This document shows, in pieces, positions 1 to 10,030 of a stretch of DNA of 64,000 nt (position 1 is its first letter; each line of letters starts with the position of its first letter). Both the position numbers and the translations under genes were made by a program. The notes under the pieces were generated by a model. It had not been told where the DNA came from, made no database searches, and was given only the letters and a program-made list of their open reading frames with translations. This DNA comes from an uncultured archaeon (GTDB lineage Archaea; Iainarchaeota; Iainarchaeia; Iainarchaeales; JAAZKV01): NCBI GenBank assembly GCA_964590155.1, contig CAZPWC010000001.1, positions 9,651 through 73,650 on the forward strand. Reading direction: 5' to 3'.

Positions 1-480
1 TTTAATTATCCCGCGGGGCTGTGTTTCAACAACTCTATAAATAAAACCAGAACCAAAAACACTAACCCAAACATTATCGCCAACATTTAGTGGGCGACCT
101 AAAAAACTTTTTTTAAGAATTCTCTCATAACCCGAAGCAATAATTCTAACCTCTTCAGTAGGGGCAAGAGTAACTCTTTTTGCTTCCTGAGGATGGCACT
201 TTGACACTTTGACTTTTTCTCCAAGAGCAACTCCAGCATTATGCCTAATAAAAGAATCCATTCTAATAATTTTTTTGCCCTCATCATCCGCGCGAGCGGG
301 CCAAACAATAGCGGCAGTCTTTTTTGTGCCCTCAATTTCAACAATATCTCCAGAAGTAATACTCAACAAAAGTTTTGTTTCCTTGTCAAGAGTAACAATA
401 TTTCTCCCAACGTGAGTAGGATCAGGGTCCTGAACAAAAAGAACCGCTTCAGACCTCTTAGCTTCCGTGGCAGTAGACAT
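1..480 (-). CDS. cdc48: CDC48/VCP AAA+ ATPase, N-terminal part (runs off window start)
   Basis: Own translation, absent from the ORF track: MSTATEAKRSEAVLFVQDPDPTHVGRNIVTLD...SGDIVEIEG.KKTAAIVWPA...IIRMDSFIRHNAGVALGEKVKV, typical of the CDC48 N domain. Confidence 0.9.
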   Translation of the reverse strand, partial: MSTATEAKRSEAVLFVQDPDPTHVGRNIVTLDKETKLLLSITSGDIVEIEGTKKTAAIVWPARADDEGKKIIRMDSFIRHNAGVALGEKVKVSKCHPQEAKRVTLAPTEEVRIIASGYERILKKSFLGRPLNVGDNVWVSVFGSGFIYRVVETQPRGIIK

Positions 481-605
481 AAACACAAGAAACTGAAAAA
501 GGATTAAAAGGTTAAGTGAGAAGGGAAAGAAACAGGCGCAAAATAGGATAATAAAAACAAAAGACTAAAAACACACAGCAGAAAGGACAGCCAACAAGAA
601 ACGAA

Positions 606-1400
606 TTAAATCTCAAAACTACCATTAGGCAGGAGAGAAAGAAACTTTTCTGTCCCAAACAAAAAGCCTTTTTCTTCAAAAATTTTCTTTAACTTCTTTG
701 AAGCTTCGTTTTTTTCTGTCCTTCCTTGCTTTAATTCAACAAAAAAAGAGCAATTCTTTTTAATCGCGAAGAGAGGCCCTGCCATTAAGGTTTTTTCTTT
801 ATCAAAAAAACCAATAGCACAACTCAAAGGAGTTTTTTTGAACCAATTCCTTTCCCCATAAATCATAAATGCCCCAGTGCCTAAATATTCCCCTGGACGC
901 GCTGTTTTAGAAACCTGCTCCGGTCTAACAGAATAAGCATCTGCTTGAGTTCTGTTTTGTTCCCAAGCTTTAGAATATGTAACAGCAAATTGAGCGGCTT
1001 CTTTCATTGTAGCATCAGGAACACTTTTTCCCTGCGATTGAATAAAACAATGCGGAGCGCCAAAAACTTCAGCGTGAAAATAAACATCAATATCTTTCAT
1101 TCTTTTCTTTACTAACGCATCATTGCCTTTAGCGTCCTTTCCACCGACAACAAGAAAATTGTCGCTAGAAAAAAACCACCTGTATTGTTCAAACCATTTT
1201 TTTGTACGCTCAACTTTGATGGTTTTCGGCTTAACGACACGCTCTAATTCATTCCTTTTATGTGCGGCTTGAAGAGCAATTTTTAACCCGCTAATTGTTC
1301 TCCTAGCTTCTTTTGATTTACTATAATAAGAAGTAGCATTTTCTTCAATTGATTTAGACAAATCAAACTCAATTTCAACAAAGCTTTTCTCAGAGCCCAT
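606..1400 (-). CDS. NFACT-R (DUF814) domain protein; C-terminal half of archaeal RqcH/NEMF family
   Basis: SIEENATSYY, WFEQYRWFFSS..FLVVGGKDAKGND, FHAEVFGAP, QVSKT..PGEYL.TGAFMIYGERNW. Confidence 0.85.
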   Translation of the reverse strand: MGSEKSFVEIEFDLSKSIEENATSYYSKSKEARRTISGLKIALQAAHKRNELERVVKPKTIKVERTKKWFEQYRWFFSSDNFLVVGGKDAKGNDALVKKRMKDIDVYFHAEVFGAPHCFIQSQGKSVPDATMKEAAQFAVTYSKAWEQNRTQADAYSVRPEQVSKTARPGEYLGTGAFMIYGERNWFKKTPLSCAIGFFDKEKTLMAGPLFAIKKNCSFFVELKQGRTEKNEASKKLKKIFEEKGFLFGTEKFLSLLPNGSFEI

Positions 1401-1468
1401 AGTATCACTAAATTACATAAAGAGACAGGAAACCTTTTTTAAGGAGTTCATGAATTGAATATATCCGC

Positions 1469-1918
1469 GTGGAACTAATGGAAGTAAGAGACGGAAAAAA
1501 TCGAAAAGGGATATCTTGCTACTGTTTTTTAGAACAAAAAAACGGAAAATATTTATTCGCTCAACGAAACCTTACATCCTACTGGAATCCAGGAAAATGG
1601 GATCTTCCTGGTGGAAAAATGAAGTTTGGAGAAACGCCCGAACAAACAGCAAAAAGAGAGGTAAAAGAAGAAACTAACCAAACAATAAAGGGAATAAAAC
1701 TTTTTGACACATTTAGTGTGCATGTAAAAAAACCGAATAAAAATTTACACACAATAAGAATAATTTTTTATGGAAAAGCCAAAGGAACAGCAAAAAAGAA
1801 CCATGAGAATGCACAACTAAAATTACTAACACTAAAAGAAGCCCAAAGACTTACCCTTGTCCCAAAAATGAAAAAAGAAATAAAGAAATTTAAAAGATTT
1901 GTAGAAAAAAGCAGGTAA
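1469..1918 (+). CDS. NUDIX hydrolase
   Basis: Nudix box GGKMKFGETPEQTAKREVKEETN. Confidence 0.9.
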   Translation: MELMEVRDGKNRKGISCYCFLEQKNGKYLFAQRNLTSYWNPGKWDLPGGKMKFGETPEQTAKREVKEETNQTIKGIKLFDTFSVHVKKPNKNLHTIRIIFYGKAKGTAKKNHENAQLKLLTLKEAQRLTLVPKMKKEIKKFKRFVEKSR

Positions 1919-1965
1919 AATGAGAAATAGAAAAAATCCTCAAAAAAATAAGAGGAAAAATAAAA

Positions 1966-2505
1966 CTAATCCAAACCCGCTTCTTTTCTAAGAATCTCGA
2001 TAACAGAATTTGTTCTAGAACCGCGCTTAAATGTAGGTTCTGTAAGGTAAAAAACCTGACGATCTTTTACAACATCATAATAATTAGGAATCTTTTTCAC
2101 ATAATTATCTTGAACATTTTTGTGATAAGATTCAACATCTTTGTAAAACTGAAAACTCATTATGTTAAAATTTCCTGAACCCATAATAGAGTTAAGCGCA
2201 TAAACGTGAGGATCTTTTTTCACCACCTCAAGAAACTTTTCAGCCAAATCAGGTTTTGAAAAATCAATTTGCAAAAGCTCAACGCACTCTAATTTGTAAC
2301 CCAATTTCCAAAAAGCGATTTTAGGACCATACCCATTAAGGACCCCTTCTTTTTGTAAAAAATCAATAGAACCTTTAATTGTAGCCAAGTGGTACTTTGT
2401 TTTAATTTTAATACGCCGCAAATTAGGTTGAGTGCATGTTTTGTCGGCTAATGCCTTGAGAATATTCAATCTAATTTCATCGTTTGCTTGCATTTTTTGC
2501 GCCAT
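1966..2505 (-). CDS. Lrp/AsnC-like transcriptional regulator
   Basis: N-terminal wHTH-like region, LQKEGVLNGY...KLGY linker, RAM-like C-terminus (MGSGNFNI); start set at ATG 2505 behind a GGGGTG SD-like motif. Confidence 0.7.
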   Translation of the reverse strand: MAQKMQANDEIRLNILKALADKTCTQPNLRRIKIKTKYHLATIKGSIDFLQKEGVLNGYGPKIAFWKLGYKLECVELLQIDFSKPDLAEKFLEVVKKDPHVYALNSIMGSGNFNIMSFQFYKDVESYHKNVQDNYVKKIPNYYDVVKDRQVFYLTEPTFKRGSRTNSVIEILRKEAGLD

Positions 2506-2854
2506 TTTAACACCCCACAAGAATCCCAAAAATCACGTCAATATAACGAAACCCTTCCAAACTAACACATAGTTACACCCACCAATATTTAAATGTATTT
2601 TTTGTTACATTAAACCCCGATTAATACTTAATAACAAAACAAACCCCAGTAGGTATAGTTTGTGCTTTAGGGAGGCGATTGTAGGAGAGGTTGATTAGTG
2701 AAATATTATAAAAAAGTAACTGGGGTTGCGGGATAGGCTCACCAGGCTTATTCTACTTTTAGAATTATCTCGCAATCTCTTTTACTAAAAATTAAAAAGC
2801 TAATTTTTTAAAAATAAATTTTAAGTTTAATTAGAAACATAAGTTTTTGCTTAA

Positions 2855-5098
2855 TTATTTCTTTTTTGCAACAACTTTTTTAGAAGATTCTTTTTTCGGC
2901 AAAGTTTTTTTTTCAACATTCTCCGAACCAAGGACATTTTTTTCTTTTTTTTCAGGAACTTCATCTGTTGTTCCCTCTTTTATTACACTCACAACCTTAT
3001 CTTGAGAAACTTGAGACACTTTTGTTTGAGAGGACCCTTCAAGAGGAGCCTTTTCGGATTCTTTTTTCTCTTCTTTCTTCTTACCCCAATCTTTTTTTGT
3101 TACACAAGTCATTGTTAAACACATTTTGTAAAAAATTCTACCATTACGCACTTTAATTATTGGAGCACCGCACTCAGGACATTTATCTTCAGTAGCAGTA
3201 ACGATTCCTTTTTGCGGTAAAGGATACGAATTAGTACAATCAGGGTATGACGAGCACCCAACAAAACGCTTACCTGACTTTCCTTTACGCGCAACAAGCT
3301 CTCCTTTCCCGCATTTTTCACACTTTGAAATAACTTGTGAGAAACGAAGTGCACTTCTTATGCCCGAACCAATATCATTTTTATTTTCTACTAAAACATC
3401 CATTAGTTCGCGAAGTTTTTTTCCAGAAGTAGAAACAACTTCCACTTTTTCTTTTTTTCCTGCAGCAATTTCATCCATCTCTCTTTCAACCTGCGCTGTC
3501 ATCTCAGGCTTTGTAACAATATTTGATTGTTTTTCCAAAGAGTCAATAACGGCAAAAGCAACTTTACTTGGTTCAATACTTTTATTGCCAATAATATAAT
3601 GACGGGCATATAATTTTTGGATAATTGCAGGACGAGTGGATTTTGTACCCAAATTGTGATCTTCCATTAATTTAATTAAAGAACCTTGAGAATAACGGCC
3701 AGGAGGTTGAGTTTCTTTATCAAGCATTTCTAAATTATCAATCTTAACAACATCCCCTTCTTTTAGCGGAGGCAAAATAACTTCACTCACTTTGCTATAA
3801 GGATACACCCCTTTCCAACCTGCAAACAAAATTATCTGACCGCGGGCAACATACATTTCATTATTTGCATCAAGTAAAGCGGAAGCATTCTCTGTTTTTG
3901 CATCCTCCGAAAGGGTGGCCAAAAAACGCCTACAAATCAACTCATAAATTTTCCACTCATCAAGAGCCAAAACTTCTTTTTGAACAGCGAGAACAGGATA
4001 AATTGGCGGATGGTCTTTTGCTTCTTTTCCCGCAGAAGGAACAATTTCTTTCTGGGCCAAAACTTTTTGCACATCACTAGAAATTGCTTTAACAGAAGCA
4101 AGTTTATTCAAAATTTCTTTCAAATTAAGAGAGGGAGGATAAACACTATTGTCCGTTCTAGGATATGAAGTAAAACCTTTTTGATAAAGTGTTTCAGCAA
4201 GACTCATTGCTTTCCCTGCAGAAAAACCAATAGCGGTAGCGGCACGCAAAAATTCAGTTGTGTTAAAAGGAACAGGTTTTTTTAGCACACGAACTTTTTT
4301 TTCAACTTTTTTTACAACAGCGCTTTTTGGTTGTTTGTTAAAAACAGCAAGAGCTTTTTCTTTTTCCCAAAATTTTTCTTCAGAATGAAGCGCAGCAAAT
4401 TTTTGTGAATCTTTATCACAATGAGCAATAATTTCCCAGTACTTTTTTTGCTGAAAAGCTAAGCGCTCCTTTTCGCGATCAACAATAAGAGCCAGCGTAG
4501 GGGTTTGAACACGACCCACACTTAAAAAGTCACGACCAATTTGCCCAGAAATTAGAGAAACAAATCTTGTAAGAACAGCACCCCAAATTAAATCAATTTC
4601 TCTTCTAGCATCAGCAGAATAAGCAAAATTGTAATCAAACTTTTCTAAATTATTAAATGACTTATCAATATCTTCTTTTGCAATCGCAGAAAAATAAGCC
4701 CTCTTTACACTAATCTTTGGATTTGTTTGCTTTGCATAATTAAGCGCTTCAAGACCAATTGATTCCCCTTCCCTATCAGCATCAGTTGCAATAATTATCT
4801 CATCCGCCAAGGGAGCTGAGTCACGCAAACATCGAATAATAACTTGTTCTGTTTCGGAATAAATTATTTCAGCAGTAATTAAGTCACGCACATCAAGCCC
4901 TATCCAATTTGAATATTTTTTTGGAAACTCAACATTACTAATGTGGCCACGCAAAGGAATTAGACGTACTTCTTCGCCAAGCCAATTAAACTCGAAAACT
5001 TTTGCCCCATCAACCATTTTTTGAGACATTTTCCCATCAGCAAGCAAGCGCGCAATATTTTCTCCAGCAATGGCTTTCTCGGAAATAATCAGTTTCAT
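2855..5098 (-). CDS. topA: DNA topoisomerase type IA
   Basis: TOPRIM ISEK / ATDADREGE, SVGRVQTPTL, catalytic SYPRTD, C-terminal zinc ribbons and K/E-rich tail. Confidence 0.97.
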   Translation of the reverse strand: MKLIISEKAIAGENIARLLADGKMSQKMVDGAKVFEFNWLGEEVRLIPLRGHISNVEFPKKYSNWIGLDVRDLITAEIIYSETEQVIIRCLRDSAPLADEIIIATDADREGESIGLEALNYAKQTNPKISVKRAYFSAIAKEDIDKSFNNLEKFDYNFAYSADARREIDLIWGAVLTRFVSLISGQIGRDFLSVGRVQTPTLALIVDREKERLAFQQKKYWEIIAHCDKDSQKFAALHSEEKFWEKEKALAVFNKQPKSAVVKKVEKKVRVLKKPVPFNTTEFLRAATAIGFSAGKAMSLAETLYQKGFTSYPRTDNSVYPPSLNLKEILNKLASVKAISSDVQKVLAQKEIVPSAGKEAKDHPPIYPVLAVQKEVLALDEWKIYELICRRFLATLSEDAKTENASALLDANNEMYVARGQIILFAGWKGVYPYSKVSEVILPPLKEGDVVKIDNLEMLDKETQPPGRYSQGSLIKLMEDHNLGTKSTRPAIIQKLYARHYIIGNKSIEPSKVAFAVIDSLEKQSNIVTKPEMTAQVEREMDEIAAGKKEKVEVVSTSGKKLRELMDVLVENKNDIGSGIRSALRFSQVISKCEKCGKGELVARKGKSGKRFVGCSSYPDCTNSYPLPQKGIVTATEDKCPECGAPIIKVRNGRIFYKMCLTMTCVTKKDWGKKKEEKKESEKAPLEGSSQTKVSQVSQDKVVSVIKEGTTDEVPEKKEKNVLGSENVEKKTLPKKESSKKVVAKKK

Positions 5099-5232
5099 AC
5101 AAGCACTAAAGAACTAAAGGAAACAAAAAAGAATATAAAGGGAAACCAAAAAAACGACAAAAAGCGAAGTTGCCAAAAACTAAAAAAAGCAAAAAAATAA
5201 TAAAAAAGGTCAGCAACTAAGGCAAACAACCA

Positions 5233-5706
5233 TTAAATTTTGTTTTGCAGGGGCATACTTGGAAGAGTTTTTGTTTTCTTAATTTCCGAAAGAACAACCA
5301 TTGTTTTCAAATCAATTATTCCATCAACTAAACCTAATTGGTTAATTATCTTTTCAGCACTTTCCAAATTAGGGACAATAAGTTTTGCAATTAAATTATA
5401 TTCCCCAAGAACCTGATAAAGCTCAATAACAAAATCCATTGAAGAAAGTTTTTTCACAACATCCCTGTTTTTTGAAACATCAGTTCTTATTTGAACAAAA
5501 ATAGGGTTCTCATAACCAAGGGACTTATAATTCATTTCCAAAGAAACACAATCAATAATCCCGCGTTTTTTCAAAGATTCAAAGCGTTTTTTTATCGCAA
5601 CATCAGTTAGTTTTGTTTCGCGCGCAATAGCAGAAAAACTCGCTCTACCATCAGAAAGAAGGGCCTGGAGGATAATGTGATCAATTTTATCTAAAGATGC
5701 ACCCAA
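5233..5706 (-). CDS. Lrp/AsnC family transcriptional regulator
   Basis: LDKIDHIILQALLSDGRASFSAIARET...LKKRGII; VLGEYNLI; probable TTG start at 5706. Confidence 0.92.
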   Translation of the reverse strand: MGASLDKIDHIILQALLSDGRASFSAIARETKLTDVAIKKRFESLKKRGIIDCVSLEMNYKSLGYENPIFVQIRTDVSKNRDVVKKLSSMDFVIELYQVLGEYNLIAKLIVPNLESAEKIINQLGLVDGIIDLKTMVVLSEIKKTKTLPSMPLQNKI

Positions 5707-5893
5707 ATAACTCAACCCCTGATTCGAAAAACAAACCCAACTATTCAAATAATAAACAAATAAACACTTAAAAAGTTACTTTTCTAACAATAAATCAAAA
5801 AATCGGAAGAAAAACGTATTTATTCTAGGACAAAGATACGGATTGCTTAGTATTTACCATTTCCTTATAATCCTTTTGAAGAAAAAACTAATT

Positions 5894-7432
5894 ATGCAGA
5901 TAATAGAAGAGACAATTCAAAATATAGCTAAAGAAATAAGCGAAGCAAAAGCTAATCAGTGGACCATAACAAAAATAGTAAAAGAACTAAGCGGGATGAA
6001 TACCGTAAGCGAAAAAAAACTAAGAGAAAAAGCGCTTGAAATGCTTAAAGAACTTGACCAAGAAGCAGCAATTATTTATGAAAGATTCAGCAAAATGAGA
6101 GTGTATAATTCTAACGAAAAACTTGCCGCGTTTAATAGAGGCAATATAATAAAATCACTCACAAAAGAAACTTCTTTATCAAGAGGAGTCGCAGAAAAAA
6201 TCACACTCGAAGTAGAAAACCAAATAAAGGACTCAAAAATTGAATTTTTAACAGCAGGACTTATAAGAGAACTTGTAAATTCAAAATTAATTAGTTATGG
6301 GTATGAAGAAGTAAGACACAATTATGCAAGACTTGGCGAACCTGTTTTTGAAATAAAAAATAAAATAATGAAAGAACCTTACTTTAGCGAAGCTACGAGA
6401 GAATATAATCTCACTTTAGCCATTCCAAAAAAAGCTAAGGACCTTCACCACGAAGGAATAATATTTATTGAAGACACAACGGGGTACTCTAACAGAATAT
6501 ACTCATACTCTTTATTGGCTGAGAAAAAAGAAACACTCGAAAAAACAATATTAGGAAACCTAAAACAATTAATTGATGAAAAAAGGTTTTTTTACCTTGA
6601 GCCAAACATTTATGGAATAACACACGCATGCTCTTGTTTTGTTAAAAATGAATCACAGGCAAAAAAGGCAGGAGAACTTTTATCAGAAACTCTCAAAATT
6701 GCAGGAGATAACTTTACAACATCAATAGAGCTTTTCCAGCCAGAAAAAATCACTTCGATGAAAAGTGATAAAGTACTTTCTGCGAAAATAGGAGAACAAC
6801 TTATTGGAAAAAACAAATGTGTTGTTGGAATTGATTCAAAATACGGATTAAAACTTATTGAAACAAAAGAAAAACATTTCACTATTTTGAATAACTCAGA
6901 GGAAGAATACTTCCCACTAAATAATAACCTTTTTTCTCCAACACAAGGAATAGATCTATTTGTCAGCATAAACCTTGAAAAAATAGCACAAGACAATGAT
7001 AAGGATAAGTTCCTTCAACAATTAAGAGAAACAAGCGAACAAATCAAAGAACTGATAAAAGACAAAAAGCAGCGCCTTGCAGAAAAAGAATACTTGAAAA
7101 AATTTGTTCCTGAACTAAAAACAGGAATAGGACTAACAAATTTATTTAGTGTTGCAGAAACACTTAAAGAAGAAAAAGTAATTGAGTTTGCGAACAAAAC
7201 ATACAGAGAACTAAACAAAATATTTGATGAAGAACTATTATTCGGCTGCACCCAAAACGCGAGAGCAAAATTTGGTGAAACGTGCGGAAAAGAAATTCAA
7301 ACACAACATGTACTTGATTTTGAGGAATGCTTAAGCTCAAAAAAATGTTGTTTTACAGGAAGAGCAACAAACACTAAGGAACTAGAAGAACTATTAACAA
7401 GAAAAGTCAAACAAATAGAATATGTTGGATAA
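5894..7432 (+). CDS. ATP-cone protein; degenerate anaerobic ribonucleotide reductase (NrdD)-like
   Basis: ATP cone FNRGNIIKSLTKET...LTAGLIRELVNSKL...YARLGEPV and LHHEGIIFIED resemble archaeal NrdD; no C-terminal RxxGY glycyl-radical motif. Confidence 0.7.
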   Translation: MQIIEETIQNIAKEISEAKANQWTITKIVKELSGMNTVSEKKLREKALEMLKELDQEAAIIYERFSKMRVYNSNEKLAAFNRGNIIKSLTKETSLSRGVAEKITLEVENQIKDSKIEFLTAGLIRELVNSKLISYGYEEVRHNYARLGEPVFEIKNKIMKEPYFSEATREYNLTLAIPKKAKDLHHEGIIFIEDTTGYSNRIYSYSLLAEKKETLEKTILGNLKQLIDEKRFFYLEPNIYGITHACSCFVKNESQAKKAGELLSETLKIAGDNFTTSIELFQPEKITSMKSDKVLSAKIGEQLIGKNKCVVGIDSKYGLKLIETKEKHFTILNNSEEEYFPLNNNLFSPTQGIDLFVSINLEKIAQDNDKDKFLQQLRETSEQIKELIKDKKQRLAEKEYLKKFVPELKTGIGLTNLFSVAETLKEEKVIEFANKTYRELNKIFDEELLFGCTQNARAKFGETCGKEIQTQHVLDFEECLSSKKCCFTGRATNTKELEELLTRKVKQIEYVG

Positions 7433-7435
7433 ATT

Positions 7436-9019
7436 TTAGCTTTTGGTTTTTATTATTTTTACCCAACCATGATTGGCATTTACTTCAACTAATTGATTAT
7501 CTTTAAGAACTTTTGTCGCAATTTTTGTTCCAATAATACAAGGAATACCTAGCTCTCTTGAAACAATTGCTGCATGAGAAGTTATCCCACCCTCATCAGT
7601 AACAATCGCTGCAGCCTTCTTCATAGCAGGAACATAATCAGGACGGGTCATAACAGCAACAAGAATGTCCCCTTTATTTATTTTACCCATCTCGGTCACA
7701 CTCCTAACTAACTTAACTTGCCCAATAGCTTTTCCTAAAGAAGCTGTTAATCCCCTAAAGTCATCAACCATGGAAAAATCTGTTTTTCCAAGAACTGCTT
7801 CACGAACTTTATCTGATTTAGCGGAATGAACCACTTCAAAACCACCTTTATCCCAATAAAAAACACTATTCTTTTTGCGGGCAGCTAATTCTTCAACATC
7901 AGGGCAATTTGAAAAAATATTACTTACCTCCCTACAATCCATATACTTTAAGTTCTCAATATCAACATTTGTTCTCTTGGCTAATTCAGCAAGAATTAAA
8001 CTAAAATAATGAGTAGTCCAAAAAGTTCCTTTCTTTCTTTCATCCTGCCAATAAGTAAAATCTTCCGAAATCTCAATCAATGCCAAAAGATCCTTGCTTA
8101 ATTTTAGTTTTTTTAACAATTGCTTTTTCTTTTTTTTGCTTTCAGCAGGAGTACTAACCACTTTTTTTATTTCGCGAGCTAAGTCAATTTTTAGCGACAA
8201 AGTGTTCTTAATTTCTTCAATGAAATGTTCTTCCAAAAGAACATTATCAGAAACATAATTATTTCTTGTCCAAAAATATTTCTTTTGATGAAGCTTAATC
8301 ATATTTCCAAGCTTTGTTTGTTCTAGTTCTTTCTTAACTTCAAAAGGAGATTTAGACAAAAATAATTCTTTATAGCCTAACTTATCTGCCTTTAGTGCAA
8401 GCTTTAGCAATTCTATCTCGGCTTCATTAATAAAAGATAAATGTATTGGAGCAGTAAGAACTGAAAAAACTTCAGTAAAACGCATCTTGTCCACGAGGTC
8501 AGATTTTTCAAAAACCTCTTTAATTTTGCCCGCAATTAACTCATCAGTGCCTAAGGCAAAACCATCAATCAGCGAACTAGAACTATTTTTATTTAGAACA
8601 ATTTCAGCAAAATTATTGTGAAGCGCAATCAAATCCTTGCCGCTTAACTTGGAAATATTAGTTCGACCTATCTTAACACAAGTTTTGTAAAACAAGTCCT
8701 GATCTTTTTTCCACTTTTTAATAAACTTTTTTCCCACATGCGAATCTTTTTTTAATTCTTTAATAACGGCGCTTGTAACTTTCTTGATGTCATCCATCAA
8801 AATATACCAATCAGCTTTGCCGTTATCATAAAAACAAAAATGAACTGTAAAATCGCCACCTTTTTTTCTTTCAACGTGCCGCGTTATCTCAGCTTCCCCA
8901 ATAAAATACATGAAGTAAGGGACCCCATCAAAACGCTGATGATACCATTGCTTGCCTTCCCATCGAGCTAAATTTTCTTCCAAGTGGCCCGAAATATATT
9001 GCATTTTTTCTTCAACCAT
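7436..9019 (-). CDS. PEP-utilising enzyme mobile (phospho-His swivel) domain protein
   Basis: C-terminal GDILVAVMTRPDYVPAMKKAAAIVTDEGGITSHAAIVSRELGIPCIIGT; no ATP-grasp domain seen. Confidence 0.88.
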   Translation of the reverse strand: MVEEKMQYISGHLEENLARWEGKQWYHQRFDGVPYFMYFIGEAEITRHVERKKGGDFTVHFCFYDNGKADWYILMDDIKKVTSAVIKELKKDSHVGKKFIKKWKKDQDLFYKTCVKIGRTNISKLSGKDLIALHNNFAEIVLNKNSSSSLIDGFALGTDELIAGKIKEVFEKSDLVDKMRFTEVFSVLTAPIHLSFINEAEIELLKLALKADKLGYKELFLSKSPFEVKKELEQTKLGNMIKLHQKKYFWTRNNYVSDNVLLEEHFIEEIKNTLSLKIDLAREIKKVVSTPAESKKKKKQLLKKLKLSKDLLALIEISEDFTYWQDERKKGTFWTTHYFSLILAELAKRTNVDIENLKYMDCREVSNIFSNCPDVEELAARKKNSVFYWDKGGFEVVHSAKSDKVREAVLGKTDFSMVDDFRGLTASLGKAIGQVKLVRSVTEMGKINKGDILVAVMTRPDYVPAMKKAAAIVTDEGGITSHAAIVSRELGIPCIIGTKIATKVLKDNQLVEVNANHGWVKIIKTKS

Positions 9020-9074
9020 CTTATCCCGACACAAACAAAAAATATTACTTAAAAAGATACGAATTTTAAAAAAA

Positions 9075-9881
9075 CTATATTTTTCCGCCAGGGTGTTTTT
9101 CGTGAAGACGGGTAGCATTAATTTTTACTGGAACGGATTTATGAAAACTGGCTTTATGAACTTCAGGCGCTCTAATTAAATCATTCTTTAAAATAAAAGC
9201 ATAGGACTTCATTTGTTCAACAAAAGGAATTAAAATAATCAAAACCAATGCAAAAGAAACAATTATGCCTGGGAGGGCAAGTAAATCAAAAACAAATTCT
9301 ATTAGCAAAATAACAAATAAAAGAACTGAACTTATAGCAACAATTCCTAAACTAACAATAGGATTAGCAACCCAAAAAGAAATACTTTCATCAATAGAAG
9401 CGCCAATGGATTTTTCTTCAAGAACAATACTTTGTGGAACGTACATTACTAATGCTGAAATAATAATCATTGCTATGAGAACCAAAAACTGGGCATAAAA
9501 CAAACCCACCAGAGACAAAATGTAAAAGACAACTGAAAATAGAAGGTAAAACAAAAATATTTTCAAAGAAGCGTCCTTCATCAAAACGTTCCAATAGTCA
9601 TCAAGAGAAAGATGATGGATATCGCGCTGAATGGTGTAAACGCAAAGTGAGACAAAGAAAGAAAATGCATATAAAAAAACAAGCCCGACAAGTAACCCTA
9701 TAAGAGCCAATAAATTTGTGTCCAAAGATAAAAAAACAGTGCCAGAACTCAAAAAGAACTGGTCAAAAAAAACGAACAAAACAACAAAGATAAACAAAAC
9801 AGCAAAACTCAAAGCAACCCTAAAGTTCTCGCTGAACTCTTCAAAAGTTCTCTTTAAAACAATGCCAAACATAACCAACAC
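9075..9881 (-). CDS. multi-pass membrane protein
   Basis: About 6 hydrophobic segments. Confidence 0.75.
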   Translation of the reverse strand: MLVMFGIVLKRTFEEFSENFRVALSFAVLFIFVVLFVFFDQFFLSSGTVFLSLDTNLLALIGLLVGLVFLYAFSFFVSLCVYTIQRDIHHLSLDDYWNVLMKDASLKIFLFYLLFSVVFYILSLVGLFYAQFLVLIAMIIISALVMYVPQSIVLEEKSIGASIDESISFWVANPIVSLGIVAISSVLLFVILLIEFVFDLLALPGIIVSFALVLIILIPFVEQMKSYAFILKNDLIRAPEVHKASFHKSVPVKINATRLHEKHPGGKI

Positions 9882-10030
9882 CTACAAAAAAAGGTTAAAA
9901 AAGCAATCCTTTTATGGAAAAAAACACAAAAAAACAAAACAATAACAAAATAAACAGCAAAAAATGAAATAATAACAAAAATAATAAAAACAACACCCCA
10001 TTAAAAAACAACGAAAGCGCAGGCGAAAAG

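Noticed and set aside
99..507. Short track ORFs here and the many antisense ORFs rich in Ser/Phe/Ile elsewhere
   Set aside because: They are shadows of real genes (here cdc48 in another frame) produced by codon bias.
2530..2850. Replication origin
   Set aside because: No ORB-like repeats or cdc6/orc1 gene, and no sustained skew switch.
9890..10025. A-rich AACAAAAT-like runs as a functional repeat
   Set aside because: They are irregular and explained by strand bias and - strand T-tract terminators.
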